64,000 bases of DNA from Coniocarpon cinnabarinum (taxonomy: Eukaryota), in contig JAVECO010000085.1 in NCBI GenBank assembly GCA_051942205.1, positions 1 to 64,000 on the forward strand. The letters run 5' to 3'. Positions 40,761 to 51,576 of the stretch are shown piece after piece (the first letter of the stretch is position 1; each line of letters opens with the position of its first letter). A model generated the notes under the pieces. That model did not search any database. It saw only the letters and a program-made list of their open reading frames with translations, and was not told the origin of the DNA. The position numbers and the translations under genes were made by a program.

Positions 40761-42966
40761 CTAGTTACTATCATGTCTCATGTCAAAATACGCCATGACC
40801 GATTCTTGCTGGATCTTAAAAGCTTCAGGTTCCGAGAAACATCTCATTACTTCTTCCTGTCCGCCTAGACAAGCTTTGCGGCGAGCGCTCTCTAAGACAT
40901 TTGCGTCCAAGTGCTTTGCCTTCTTGAAAATCAAAGTCAATACCTCTGGTCTTTGCAACTTCGCCGCAAGTTCCATGGCGCTTCCAAAATACCCTCGTTG
41001 GGCATTGGGATCGGCGTGTTTCTCGAGCAGTGATGTTGTGATCGAGATGTCACCATCTAAGACGGCCCGCTGTAGAGCGGTTCCGAAAAGCACATCCTGA
41101 TTGGATTCCAGATCCAAGTTGGCGCCATTCTTCAGAAGATAGCCGAAAACCTCGCCGTGGCCCCTTGATAGCGCTGCGCGGATTGCAGTGCCAAGAACAG
41201 GCTCTTCTTCATTCACATTCGCCCCCCCATTGTGTAGCAGAGTGACAATCTCGAGGAACCCTCGCCGAGCTGCATTGCGCAATGCTGCCCCATGTTTTGC
41301 GTTTGGTTCAGCGCCATGTTGTAGGAGAAACTCTACAATGTCTTTCTTGCCTGCTAGGCAAGCAGCTGCGAGGGGCGTCTCCCACAACCCACCTTCTGAG
41401 TTCACTGCTTGAGGTTCTAGTTTCGTAAGTCTGCGTACCTCAGCATCATCTCCGCACTTTGAGGCGAGCCTCAAATTCTTCCCAATGTGAGATATCCACT
41501 TTGATCGATTCCGTCGTAATCTGCGCCAGACAGATGAGCTCCTAGAACTCTTGGCTGGTCGGATCGAACTTGTCTCTGATAGAACAGAAGGGTTGTCACT
41601 ATCTTTCGACTGCACTGCTGTCCTGCTGGCCGGACGTCTCCAAATGAGCTCAAGTGAACGACGCTCTAAAGATCCTTAGTGAGTACTCTTATCCCGATCT
41701 ATACTATCACTTACCGTCACGTGTCAAGCTTGCATGTCTTTTATCAGCTAGATCTTGCGGTCCCATATCAAGTTCTCTGAGTGATCTGCCATCTATATGA
41801 TCGACATGGAACACATCTTTTTGTCTGCAATTCTGGAAGTCGACCAACGCCTCAACCTTCTGCGAAGTGAGTCGTGTTTCTGGGTGCTCTTCTCTCAAAA
41901 GCCTCCGTTGTCCAGATAGAACGCTTTCAAGCATTTTCTGTGCCTCGTCAACTTTGCCCTGAGCCAATTTGACCATACTTAAACTGGACATGGTCTGCAG
42001 AGTGTCTGGGTGAAGTGGGTGTAGATACTGTCGCTGCGCTTCTAGTACTGGCTTGAGAATATCTTCTGCCTCCTCAGTTTTCCCTTGATATCTCAGTGCA
42101 TCGGCCAATTCTCTAGCCACTTCGTAGGTGTCTGTATTGCGACTACCAAGTATCTTGGTCATGGACGCAAGACTACGACGCAGGATTCTTTCAGCCACAG
42201 CGCAAACTCTGTTGCGCGAGCTAGCATCGTCTGACGCTCTCTCGTCATCTTGGAGTTTGGCTGAAGCCAACTGAGCCTCCCGACGCAAGGTAAAGACGTG
42301 ATCCGGTCCCAGCCCATTGCTGAACAAATGGCTTCCACGAACGGCGTCACGAAGCCTTATTTGACACTCGCTGTGATTACCTTGATCCAACAAAGTGTCG
42401 GCGTATATGCTCAAAAGCCAGATACCGGTGATCGACACCAGAGGGCTCTCCTTGGTCGCCTCAAACGCTTTCTCGAGAACTCGCTGTGCTTCAGCGGGCC
42501 TTCCCAGTTGACGATAAATCTTTGCAAGATTTCCACAGCAGTTGCGCGTGATGGAGTGGCCCGGACCAAGGTCGGGACAGGCTGACATGTTCCTCCAAGT
42601 CTCCTTGCTGAGATCTAGAGCGTGGTTGAACTTGCACAGCTTTGTCAGCATCACAGCACGACGGGCCACGCATATCAGAAACAGCACTTCATGGTCGCCC
42701 GCTCCATGTTGTGCAAGTGTCTCGGTCACTTCTGCATAATGTTCATCCGCAAGGGCGAAGCGATTCTGAGCGTCGTATGCCCGCGCCTCGTGAAAATGTT
42801 TTTGTAGTTCAGAGCTCGTTCCATGTAAGATTGTGGTATTTGAAAGTTCTGCATTTGAAGGGCCCGGGCTGAGCTGAGAGCTGTACGTCGACTCAGCTCA
42901 TCATTCACGTACGCGGCTGTGTCGCACTCACCTCGGCAACAGACCTTGGTTTGAAGATGCCTGCAT
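40761..42966 (-). CDS. TPR (kinesin-light-chain-like) plus ankyrin repeat protein, ~701 aa, no nucleotide-binding domain
   Basis: Exons 42966-42932, 42880-41715, 41665-40761 joined in frame by canonical introns (GTGAGT..TACAG, 51 nt; GTAAGT..CTAAG..TTTAG, 49 nt). TPRs 'LGPGHSITRNCCGNLAKIYRQLGRPAEA', 'LHPLHPDTLQTMSSLSMVKLAQGKVDEA'; ankyrins 'TPLAAACLAGKKDIVEFLLQHGAEPN', 'ALRNAARRGFLEIVTLLHNGGANVN', 'GTALQRAV...LLEKHADPNA'. Confidence 0.85.
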
Positions 42967-43523
42967 CGATTAGAGATTGCGCAAACGTAGAATCGAAGAA
43001 CTGAATTGACGCGCAACCATGGATTAGATTCTCTACTACCGGGGAAAGATAAGCTGGCCAATACATGGAAATGGTCGGCGCTTAAAAACAGCGTAGGCAA
43101 ACGAGAGCGGGCAGTGCAAAACGTGTGTAAAACGTGTACACAGACCGCACGGGATTCGAGAGCGGAAAAGTGGCAGCTGGTTGGACGTGCGCGCTGCATA
43201 AGCGAATACGTGGCGCAAGGCTGGCTCGAGTCACCTGGCTCGAGTCAGGTTGTATAGTACAAGTCTGCAAGGCAAATGAACTGGTGTAGTAGTACACCCG
43301 TGTTGACGATTGCGTCCATTGATCACAGCGAGGCAGCCCGTCATTAAAATATGGCTTCACGTCCTCGCCTTCCTTTCTCACTCTTCTGAACTCTATCTTG
43401 ATTTATAGAGCTTTCTAGCGTTCAATGATTCGAACCAAAATGCTGTATATACGTGCTGCCGCCTGATTCGCTAGCTGCTTTGCATGTACCTTTGTACACC
43501 ATGCGAAATCCTCTACTCCGGGA

Positions 43524-46256
43524 ATGGAACAGTTTGGTCAGGAGATCGCCAAGGCGTATCAGGTCAAATGCCTCGACAAGCCTCAGCCATTCGTCGGTCA
43601 GCCTCCGCGTGATCCCGTCCAAGTGTTTATGGAATATCCTGCACTGACAGGCTGGCGGCGCTCCAAAGATGGGCAGTGGCACAATGACGCTATTGAGGGA
43701 CAGCTCCGCTCTCCTGACGCTCACACCGATGGAGGCAAATTCACAGAACGAATCAGCGCCATGATTCAGAGATGGCTTTTTTTTGAAGTGCTGCATGCCT
43801 TCTTTCATATCGACGACGTAGAATTTAACTACAACGACTACATAACGTGGAGCAATGACAAGCACTTCATCACAACTGAGAAACTGGGATGCCATTTGGA
43901 TAGGTGGAAGAAACAACTCAGCGGACCCAGTGCCAAAGACCGCAATCGACGCATCTTACAGGCCTACGACATTCTCATCAAAGCACGTGATGATGTCTCT
44001 CAATACTGCGCTACCAGAGGCACAGCTCATACACGAGCGTCCATATGGCCAGTCGATCCTACCATTGCTTTGTCTATTATCGCCCTAGGCGAAACTTTGA
44101 CAAGCTATCTTCTCAGTCTTCACGCAGACCAAGAAATTGAGATAGGGGAGGTGGGATGGAGGCACAGAATCCTCGCGACACAATCTTGGGGATTTAGCGG
44201 ATTGGTGTTGGAGGAGTTGAAAGAAAAATGGAAGCTGGAAGATGCGGAAGCCTGTCCCCGGCTCGACAACATCCTCAAAATGTTCCGAGGGAATACCGTT
44301 GCGCTCTTGCTTGCGAATCAAGACGACCCAAAGTATTCTGACCACGGTTTATGCGAGCCTCATGTTTGCAAGGCGAAAAGTTTTTCGCAGCTGGAAGCGA
44401 AGAATAGTGCTTCTGTGAAAGCTGGGGATTGGGATCAAGTGACTTCTGCTAAAGAGTATAAAGAGCTCAAGAAGAATGATCCAAAGCCTCAACCTGAGCA
44501 CCACAATGCCAAAAAGAAAGGTGGGCGGACGTGTCGATGTCAGCGTCATGCCACGGTGAAAGGTCGGTCGATCGCAGCATCAGTTCTAGAAATCATTGAT
44601 TCCAGCTCCAATAAGCGGCCATTATTTAGTCGAGATTCCTCTGGTCAGCTTGTCATCCACGCTGCTGAAAAAGACGAGCCATTCACGGTCTTCTCTCACT
44701 CTTGGGCGGATGGCTTTGGTAACGATCAAAATACTAATTTCATTTTCGACTGTAACCTGAAACTCTTGGATGATATGTGTCGTAAGGGTAAGCCTTCGGA
44801 GCCTTATGATCTTACGAATCACGGGCCGTTGTTCTGGATCGATGCCCTAGGCATCCCGGTTGGACCCGGCTATGAGGAGAGCAGGATACGTGCAATCAAG
44901 CAAATCCACGAAACATACGCAGCAGCCACTGAGGCAATTGTGCTTGATGAAGGACTGCTTTACCGACCTGCCCCAAGCGATCCCGTCGTCCAGGCTATGA
45001 GAATCAGCATGAGCAGTTGGATTGAAAGAATTTGGACGCTCCAAGAAGCCTTCCTTAGTAAACGGCTGACTTTCATGTTTGGTGAGGGTCTGGTTCGGGT
45101 CGATGCGGACGAACTCCGCAATTCGTTGAGTAAGAGTGTCATCCCAGCAAAAGCTTGTATTTGTGCAGTGGCCGATAAGTTCTACGCTAGAATATTGCGA
45201 GACAAAAGAGAAGAACATTTCAGAAGAAAAGATGGACCCCAACAACATCAGGGCGTTACGGCATCATTTGTGGCAAGCGCTTACGAAGCTGTTCAGTACC
45301 GTAATGCATCTGATCTTAAGGATGAGACAGAGGCTCTAGCCGTCATGTTCAACCTTCAGAATTTTTTTGAAAATGACAACGATCAATCTCCTCGTAGAGG
45401 AGACCCTCCAGAGAAGTGGATGCAATGGTTGGTGCGAAAGCTTTTAGACGCAGAAGCGATTCCTGCCGCCCTTTTGTTTCTCGATGGCGAAAAGCTCAGC
45501 ACGCCTGGTTTTCGTTGGGCACCGAAGAGATGGCTCAATCCTCAACCAACGCTGACACCGAACCCTCTTGCAGTTGCAACTGGCTCGTCGAAACGTGGCG
45601 CTGATGGCTTGGTGGTGGAACTGCCAGGAATGGACCTGAAATTTTTGAGTGATCAAAATGCTTCTTTTGCAGAAGCAGATTGTATTCGAGCGATGAGTTT
45701 GTCAAGAGTCGATGAGATGTATACAATTCGTTCTGCAGACAAGGACGTTCCTTTACCAACAGGTGAAGCCATCGGTAAGCGAGGTTTGGCCATCATCACT
45801 CTTGAGGAGAATGTGGTACAACCCGAGACAATTGCGTTGCTCGTTGCAATAAACCGACGCGCAAAATCCACATCTTTCGTACAGATATTGAACAGGGTAT
45901 GGCTGAGCCGCGAACACGACGTTGCGAAGGTTCAGAGCTTTAAAGACCGCCTTCATCAGAGGGAGCGTCACTTCCACGGGCGAAGATCTTCAGCAGTGCA
46001 CATGCTTCATCTTGACGTGCCAAGCACACGAGAGTGGTGTGTTGAGGGACGAGATGTCCCAACAGCTTCTGACACCTCGACTCATGGACCAGAGGATCCT
46101 TTCGATTACCAGCCGAGGCCTGGTATCACAGCCTCTCAGACTTGGGGCCGCTTAACGCGTCGAGTCACTTCTCATCGCCTCTTTCGCACAGCAACAGGAC
46201 CCCCAAATGAAGAAGATGGTAGATTTCTTTCAAGACTAAGGCGAGCCTTCACATAA
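43524..46256 (+). CDS. HET-domain (heterokaryon incompatibility) protein, 910 aa, intronless
   Basis: HET blocks 'FTVFSHSWADG', 'LFWIDALGIP', 'AIKQIHETYAAATEAIVLD', 'SSWIERIWTLQEA'; N-terminal 'FMEYPALTGW'/'IQRWLFFEVL' and Cys/His 'HGLCEPHVC' segments; C-terminal 'PGFRWAP'. Confidence 0.9.
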   Translation: MEQFGQEIAKAYQVKCLDKPQPFVGQPPRDPVQVFMEYPALTGWRRSKDGQWHNDAIEGQLRSPDAHTDGGKFTERISAMIQRWLFFEVLHAFFHIDDVEFNYNDYITWSNDKHFITTEKLGCHLDRWKKQLSGPSAKDRNRRILQAYDILIKARDDVSQYCATRGTAHTRASIWPVDPTIALSIIALGETLTSYLLSLHADQEIEIGEVGWRHRILATQSWGFSGLVLEELKEKWKLEDAEACPRLDNILKMFRGNTVALLLANQDDPKYSDHGLCEPHVCKAKSFSQLEAKNSASVKAGDWDQVTSAKEYKELKKNDPKPQPEHHNAKKKGGRTCRCQRHATVKGRSIAASVLEIIDSSSNKRPLFSRDSSGQLVIHAAEKDEPFTVFSHSWADGFGNDQNTNFIFDCNLKLLDDMCRKGKPSEPYDLTNHGPLFWIDALGIPVGPGYEESRIRAIKQIHETYAAATEAIVLDEGLLYRPAPSDPVVQAMRISMSSWIERIWTLQEAFLSKRLTFMFGEGLVRVDADELRNSLSKSVIPAKACICAVADKFYARILRDKREEHFRRKDGPQQHQGVTASFVASAYEAVQYRNASDLKDETEALAVMFNLQNFFENDNDQSPRRGDPPEKWMQWLVRKLLDAEAIPAALLFLDGEKLSTPGFRWAPKRWLNPQPTLTPNPLAVATGSSKRGADGLVVELPGMDLKFLSDQNASFAEADCIRAMSLSRVDEMYTIRSADKDVPLPTGEAIGKRGLAIITLEENVVQPETIALLVAINRRAKSTSFVQILNRVWLSREHDVAKVQSFKDRLHQRERHFHGRRSSAVHMLHLDVPSTREWCVEGRDVPTASDTSTHGPEDPFDYQPRPGITASQTWGRLTRRVTSHRLFRTATGPPNEEDGRFLSRLRRAFT

Positions 46257-46356
46257 TCTTGACAAGTTGATCGTACCTGGAGATGCAACGATAACGAAAC
46301 ATAATCATAATGCTATCATCAGGTCTGAACCGCAGAGACCGTTTTTTCTGATCTTT

Positions 46357-47511
46357 CTAGGTCCAAAACCCGTCAACGCTGTTCACTAGTCCAAGCTTGA
46401 GTGCCCAGTCTTTCTCTGGCGCTCTATGGAGGAGCTCGTGTGCCAGATCCAGTCGGCGGCTATAGGGTTTTCGCAACCCACTCAAAGAAACCACGCGATC
46501 CTTCATATAAAGGGATTTTATAAGGCCGTTACTTGTGGTCAAGAGTCCCGCGTTGGCCATGAACAGAACAAGAATCACAACTTTGCCGACTTGAGTACCG
46601 TTGCTAGCAAGCGCTGCAGAAAGATAGACGAGTACGATCGCCAAACCTTCCATAAGACTCTCGGCAGTATTGAGCTCACGCAACCACTGGCCGGAAGTGA
46701 CTGCTTTAAGATCGTCCACGTATCCACGCATGCTGATCCAGCGATCTTGACTGAGTAAAATTAGGAGTTCTGCTTTCTCACTGGTGCTCGACTGTCAGCG
46801 TTTACAATCACAAGTAAACAACAATGGATCTGCAGCCTCGAGGCATTATGCGGGCTTTTCAAGTGACTCTCAAAAAGCTCCTACGCTTCAAGACCTCTGT
46901 AAATGTAATGTTTGCTCATTTTGCCAAGCTTGGACATCTGCAGGTGGCTTTACTCACCCGCTTTCTTTAGTCCCATGCCAATTAGCATCACGACGGCCGT
47001 GAATTATGACGACATTTAAAAGTCTAGCGACAATCAGCATGAGGAAGATACCCATCGTCCAGTAGTCCTTAATGACAACAACAAACGAAAATGCCGAAAT
47101 GGTCGTGATAACTGTGGCAAAATAAGTAGCCTGGGCGGATGGAGGGCCTATAAGCTGCACTATCCTCTGGAATCGTAGGTTCGGCTGAAGAACCGGCGAG
47201 ACAAGCAGCGATGTCAAGTGTCCGGTCTTGCCAACGCTTTGCAAGTAGGCTACAGTTGCTTGATTCTCGACGCGAAACACATAGTTGGTTGTAATATTGG
47301 CAGTCATAGGGTATTCCCCGCCGTTGAGCGATGTCGCGTCTTGCTGGCCATGAATGCCAGGGCATAGCACCAAAGCATCAACAAAAGTCGCCGTTCCAGA
47401 GATCGCAGTCCGTCTGAGGATAATTTTGAGCTCGGCGAGCGCGATCAATCCAGCTGCGTCAAGCGCAACACCTGAGGCCGCGTGCTGAGCCCAGACGTGC
47501 GGAGATACCAT
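46357..47511 (-). CDS. Uncharacterised multi-pass membrane protein (~325 aa), one intron
   Basis: Exons 47511-46958 and 46780-46357 join in frame (WHGTKESG|EKAELLILLSQDRWISMRGYVDDLKAVTSGQW); intron GTGAGT..GCTGAC..CCAG; about four hydrophobic helices. Confidence 0.8.
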
Positions 47512-49620
47512 GCCCTAGCGATTCAGTAAATGGTGTGGATGTTCGAAACTGTACCAGGTACTTATGAGCATAAACAGGGTAATGGAGGAAGGAGGGGCGA
47601 GACTGCCTCGGGTAAATAGTTTTGCTCCTCTCTTGCGCCAAGTTCGTGTAAGGCAACTGGCCATTTGGGGAAGCAACGTGTTGCATCCGAACGTGCACTC
47701 GAGCGTTGTACTATATGCATGGAGCTGCATTCCTCGATGGACTTGTGTATGCCTCGTCATGCAGGCGCTGTCGTGCAGGGTAACATTTCGTCAAAGGCAT
47801 GACTGCTGACTGTATGTAACTTGCGTCGGTGAAGGTTGTGCCACGCAGGCGTAAGTGGCTGAGCGTTGTGTCAGCCTGACTTGTCGCGCCGCTTTCAGCG
47901 CATCTATCAAGGCTCGACTGGATAGCTGGAAGTCAATATGAGTTGGATTTTCGGGATCCGTTATTGTCAACGGGAAAATACGACAACACAGAGAGGCGGT
48001 GCAAAAAATTGCGGCAGGTGCATGTATGCTTGCAGGCAGATCTCGAGTATCGAGTCAGAAGCCTTAGCTGTCACACCCATGACGTCGCGTACGTGACAAA
48101 TACTCACCAATAAGGCTCCAGTCTTTTTCTAACAAACTCCAGTAAAGTTACCAAAACTAGGACCAAGCTGATACTTACCGATGACAGCTCATATGATCGT
48201 TTTGGCTGAGTTATTAGCAGGATAGCAGGAAAAGTGTTTACCAGCAGATAAACGTTAGCGACCTTAGCATTGAGAGCTACAGTCTCCGATTCGTATCGCC
48301 AGCCATCTCTGTATCGACAGGAGTCTGAGGAACGCACTGAACAACTTTGAGAGCCATACTCACCTGAGGAGGTCGCTCGACAACATTCCTGAACCAACGC
48401 TGGTAGTCGTGATGTAATCTCACTGTCACCAAATGTGACGGTTCGCGCTACGTGCCTGCTTGCACCTCATGGTACTTGCTCAGCCTTCAAAAGAAAGGGC
48501 CCACACGAGCGTTTTGATGAACAGGCATTAAGTAGGTATTGTATATCGTAAGCTCCGGCTGTGTTCAAGAAACTTGGACTTATCCGCTTGCGAATCATGG
48601 TTTAGGAGCTGAGCACAGCCCAAGCCTAAGACCCCGCAGATGGATTGCAGTAAGGCATCCTGCCACGGCTTGCGAAACATACTTGTCACGTGACTTGCTT
48701 CACCTGCTTTATCTTTTTGGATACCAACGACCGGCATGAATCTGGCTCCGCGCAGTTGCATGTCCAAGGAACGATACGTATATTGCACCTGAGCGTGTCT
48801 GCTTACGCAGTCCACTTTGCGCTGCTTCGGGAACAAGTATGGAGGGTACGCCCCCTATGTCCTGGTGCCGAGCTTTGATGTAAGAAGCCGCAAATCGTGT
48901 CAACTCATATGAGTTAGAATGCTATGAGTCAGAATCCTAGATGTTGTCGTGACATGCATACTGACCATTCCAATGCTCTGGTTGTCAGTACAGTCAGTGC
49001 TAGGATAGGGATTTTGACTAATCAAAGCACGCCAAAACACTCCAGACATCAAAAGGGGCCTGGACCTTATCCTGGACTATTTATGGCCGTGGGTGAGAAT
49101 GTACGTGCACTATGTTGACATCTGTGATGAATAAGCGGTGTTACAGAAGATCACGAAAGCATAAAAGGCTAAGGTGAGATTTCACCCCTACGCAGTTGCG
49201 ATTCGACTCAGTTGGCTCCTCTTGCTCTACGCTAAGAGTTTGGGGCCAGGAAAAGGAAAGTCACGTGATTGTCTTGGTGCAAGTATCCAGCACGTCATGC
49301 GGCTGACCACGCGAAACGAACCATTTGTGAACAAAACATAGTGAAGTTTTGGATCCTTCCATTGCCGTCGCGCCGAGCTGTGTTCTTCGGACCTCACGAA
49401 CCAGATTCTTCGACTGTTCCAGCAAGGTAATCGTGACTGCTCCATCCCAACATGCCGCATTCGCGCCGTGACACGACCTCACCGCGAAAGCAAAGTTGCT
49501 CCCAGTCGTGCTACGCTCAGCACCTCTGCCCTGGAGCAACTGCACTCGCACAATCCGATTCCCACTCACTGCTTCGCACTCCATAACAATACAATACTCC
49601 ACAGCGCAAGACCCCTGACC

Positions 49621-50247
49621 ATGGCCTCGCCCCGCCTGAATTCCGGGCGCAACCCTTCGTCCCAATCCAAAACGAGCAAACCACCACCGCTGCCGCCCAC
49701 GAACACTTGGAGCGCAGCTCCGGAGCCTGCTGTACCTCCAAGCCAAGTCCACACTCTGCCCTTCAACACGCAACGTCGCATCGCCGAAGCGCACGAGATC
49801 CTAAACAGCCGCGAGAAGCTAGTCTGGGTAGCGAACGCGCGCAACGAGAGCATTGCGGCGACGGAGTTGCATTTTCAAGAGGTGATCGGTCTTCCTTCGC
49901 TGTTGGGCACGACGGGGCCTCGACGAGAGGAAATATATGTGGACTTGAAGTGGGGAGATCGAGTCAGTGACGAGTTGCAGGAGCGCATTTGGAGGGACGA
50001 GCTGGGGCTCGGGAGTGAAGATGAGGAAGAGGATAAGGAAAGAGTTGCGGAGTTATTGGCGAGGAAGAGGAAGCAGGCGATGGCGGAGAATGGTAGGGAG
50101 AAGGTGAAGAAGACGGCGAAGGGTGCGGCTAAGAGTAAAGAGAAAAGAAATCAGGAGGAGGATCAACAGATGCAGGATGTGGGTGACGATGAGGAAGACG
50201 ACGAGGGTGGTGTCTCAATTGTGTCACACAGAAAGCGACCCCGGTAG
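49621..50247 (+). CDS. Hypothetical protein with charged C-terminus and basic terminal NLS-like 'RKRPR'
   Basis: First ATG 49621 in ORF 49468..50247; pyrimidine-rich 5' to purine-rich 3' coding skew typical of genes here. Confidence 0.6.
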   Translation: MASPRLNSGRNPSSQSKTSKPPPLPPTNTWSAAPEPAVPPSQVHTLPFNTQRRIAEAHEILNSREKLVWVANARNESIAATELHFQEVIGLPSLLGTTGPRREEIYVDLKWGDRVSDELQERIWRDELGLGSEDEEEDKERVAELLARKRKQAMAENGREKVKKTAKGAAKSKEKRNQEEDQQMQDVGDDEEDDEGGVSIVSHRKRPR

Positions 50248-50454
50248 AAATGCATTGATGAACGAGGGCACAGGACGGAGCCAGTATTGATGTTTTTGTT
50301 GGCGGCGGAACCGTGTGGTATGCTGGATGTCTCACGGTATTTCACCAATGCGCTCGCGAAATCATGCGGATATGGTCATGCTGCAACGAAGACAAAAGGC
50401 CTCATTACCTTCGTACCCTTTCTTCGTTTATCCAGCTCCTCACGACTTCTTCCC

Positions 50455-50966
50455 TCACCCACCAACATCCGACCTCATCCCCCTCTCCCCACCATATCCC
50501 TGGATCTTTCTCTTCCTCTCCTCCTCATCTCTCTCGCCGCCTATATCTCTCTCTACCCTCCCATAACCCCCTTCGCCCTTCCGATCCTCCACAACACCCG
50601 CCTGTTCACTAATCCCCTGTCCATACCTAATATTCTCCGCCGTCTTCTCACCTCTCGCAGCTTTCTGAGAGTCACTAACAGCGGAAGGTGCTGGCGCGTA
50701 TTCTTGAGCCGTTTTGGTTTGGGAGGAGGTGGAGCCGAGGGTTCCTGTGGATTTCGAGTGGGGCTGGGCTGTGGGGACAGTTTCGTATCTGAGCTGTCGT
50801 TAGAGGCATTACATTGTTGTTCAAGAGGATCATTGACACGGGTTGTTGCTGGAAATTGGTGACGTGGGTAGTGTTTTAAGACGTGAGGATGTCTGAGGGA
50901 CGATGATTAGAGGACGTACTGTGTGCTTTCCCCACCGGGCTCCGTGTCCATGAGATTCGACGACAT
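50455..50966 (-). CDS. Small Gly-rich hydrophilic protein (absent from the ORF track), one intron
   Basis: MSSNLMDTEPGGEST, intron (GTACGT..CTAAC..CAG), then YETVPTAQPHSKSTG...ARGEKTAENIRYGQGISEQ...QGYGGERGMRSDVGG, TGA at 50455-50457. Confidence 0.65.
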
Positions 50967-51576
50967 TTCCGACTGCGTCTACGAGTCCGATTACAATTCG
51001 ATTTCAACAATTGTTTCAAAGCAGGGAGACTACCTTAGTATGAGATTGAGATTTGAATGTTTGTATTTTGAGTGAATGGGAGCAACCGCAATGATGTCAG
51101 CGGGGCACCACACGAACACGAACACGACGCGTCTTCTCAAGACCAGAGATTTGCTTCTTGACACCTTCGCTTCGGAACAGCCCAGGACCAACTTCAGTTC
51201 AACATCATCACGACTTTATTTCGATTGTGACTATGTGCTCGTATGCGCTCGCTTGGCGTGAGTCTGCGTCATTGTCCAGCAATTACTTCATCTGTACCCA
51301 AACAATGCAAGTTAGACGTCTGCGGTTACGAAACCAACCGCGCATCTAGTCGATAAGACCGCTGTCTTCACGCGGGAAGCTACGATATCAAACGTCAAGA
51401 CGCGAGCAACGGTCTTGAGCTCTTGACAACCAGCTCGAGGCATCGTTCGCGCATGATCCCATGGGCTGATGATTGGATTCCGAATATGTGTGGTAGCAAA
51501 CGCTACGACAAGGTTTTCCATTGGCACAATGTCAAATTAAAACGCCACCAATGCAATGATCATACATTCGTGTTCA

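Noticed and set aside
42846..42966. Possible amyloid signalling motif at the N-terminus of the TPR-ANK protein (or the C-terminus of the HET protein)
   Set aside because: The leader is Ser/Pro/Leu-rich without the G/N/Q pseudo-repeats of HET-s, sigma or PP motifs; the HET C-terminus is basic and Pro-containing.
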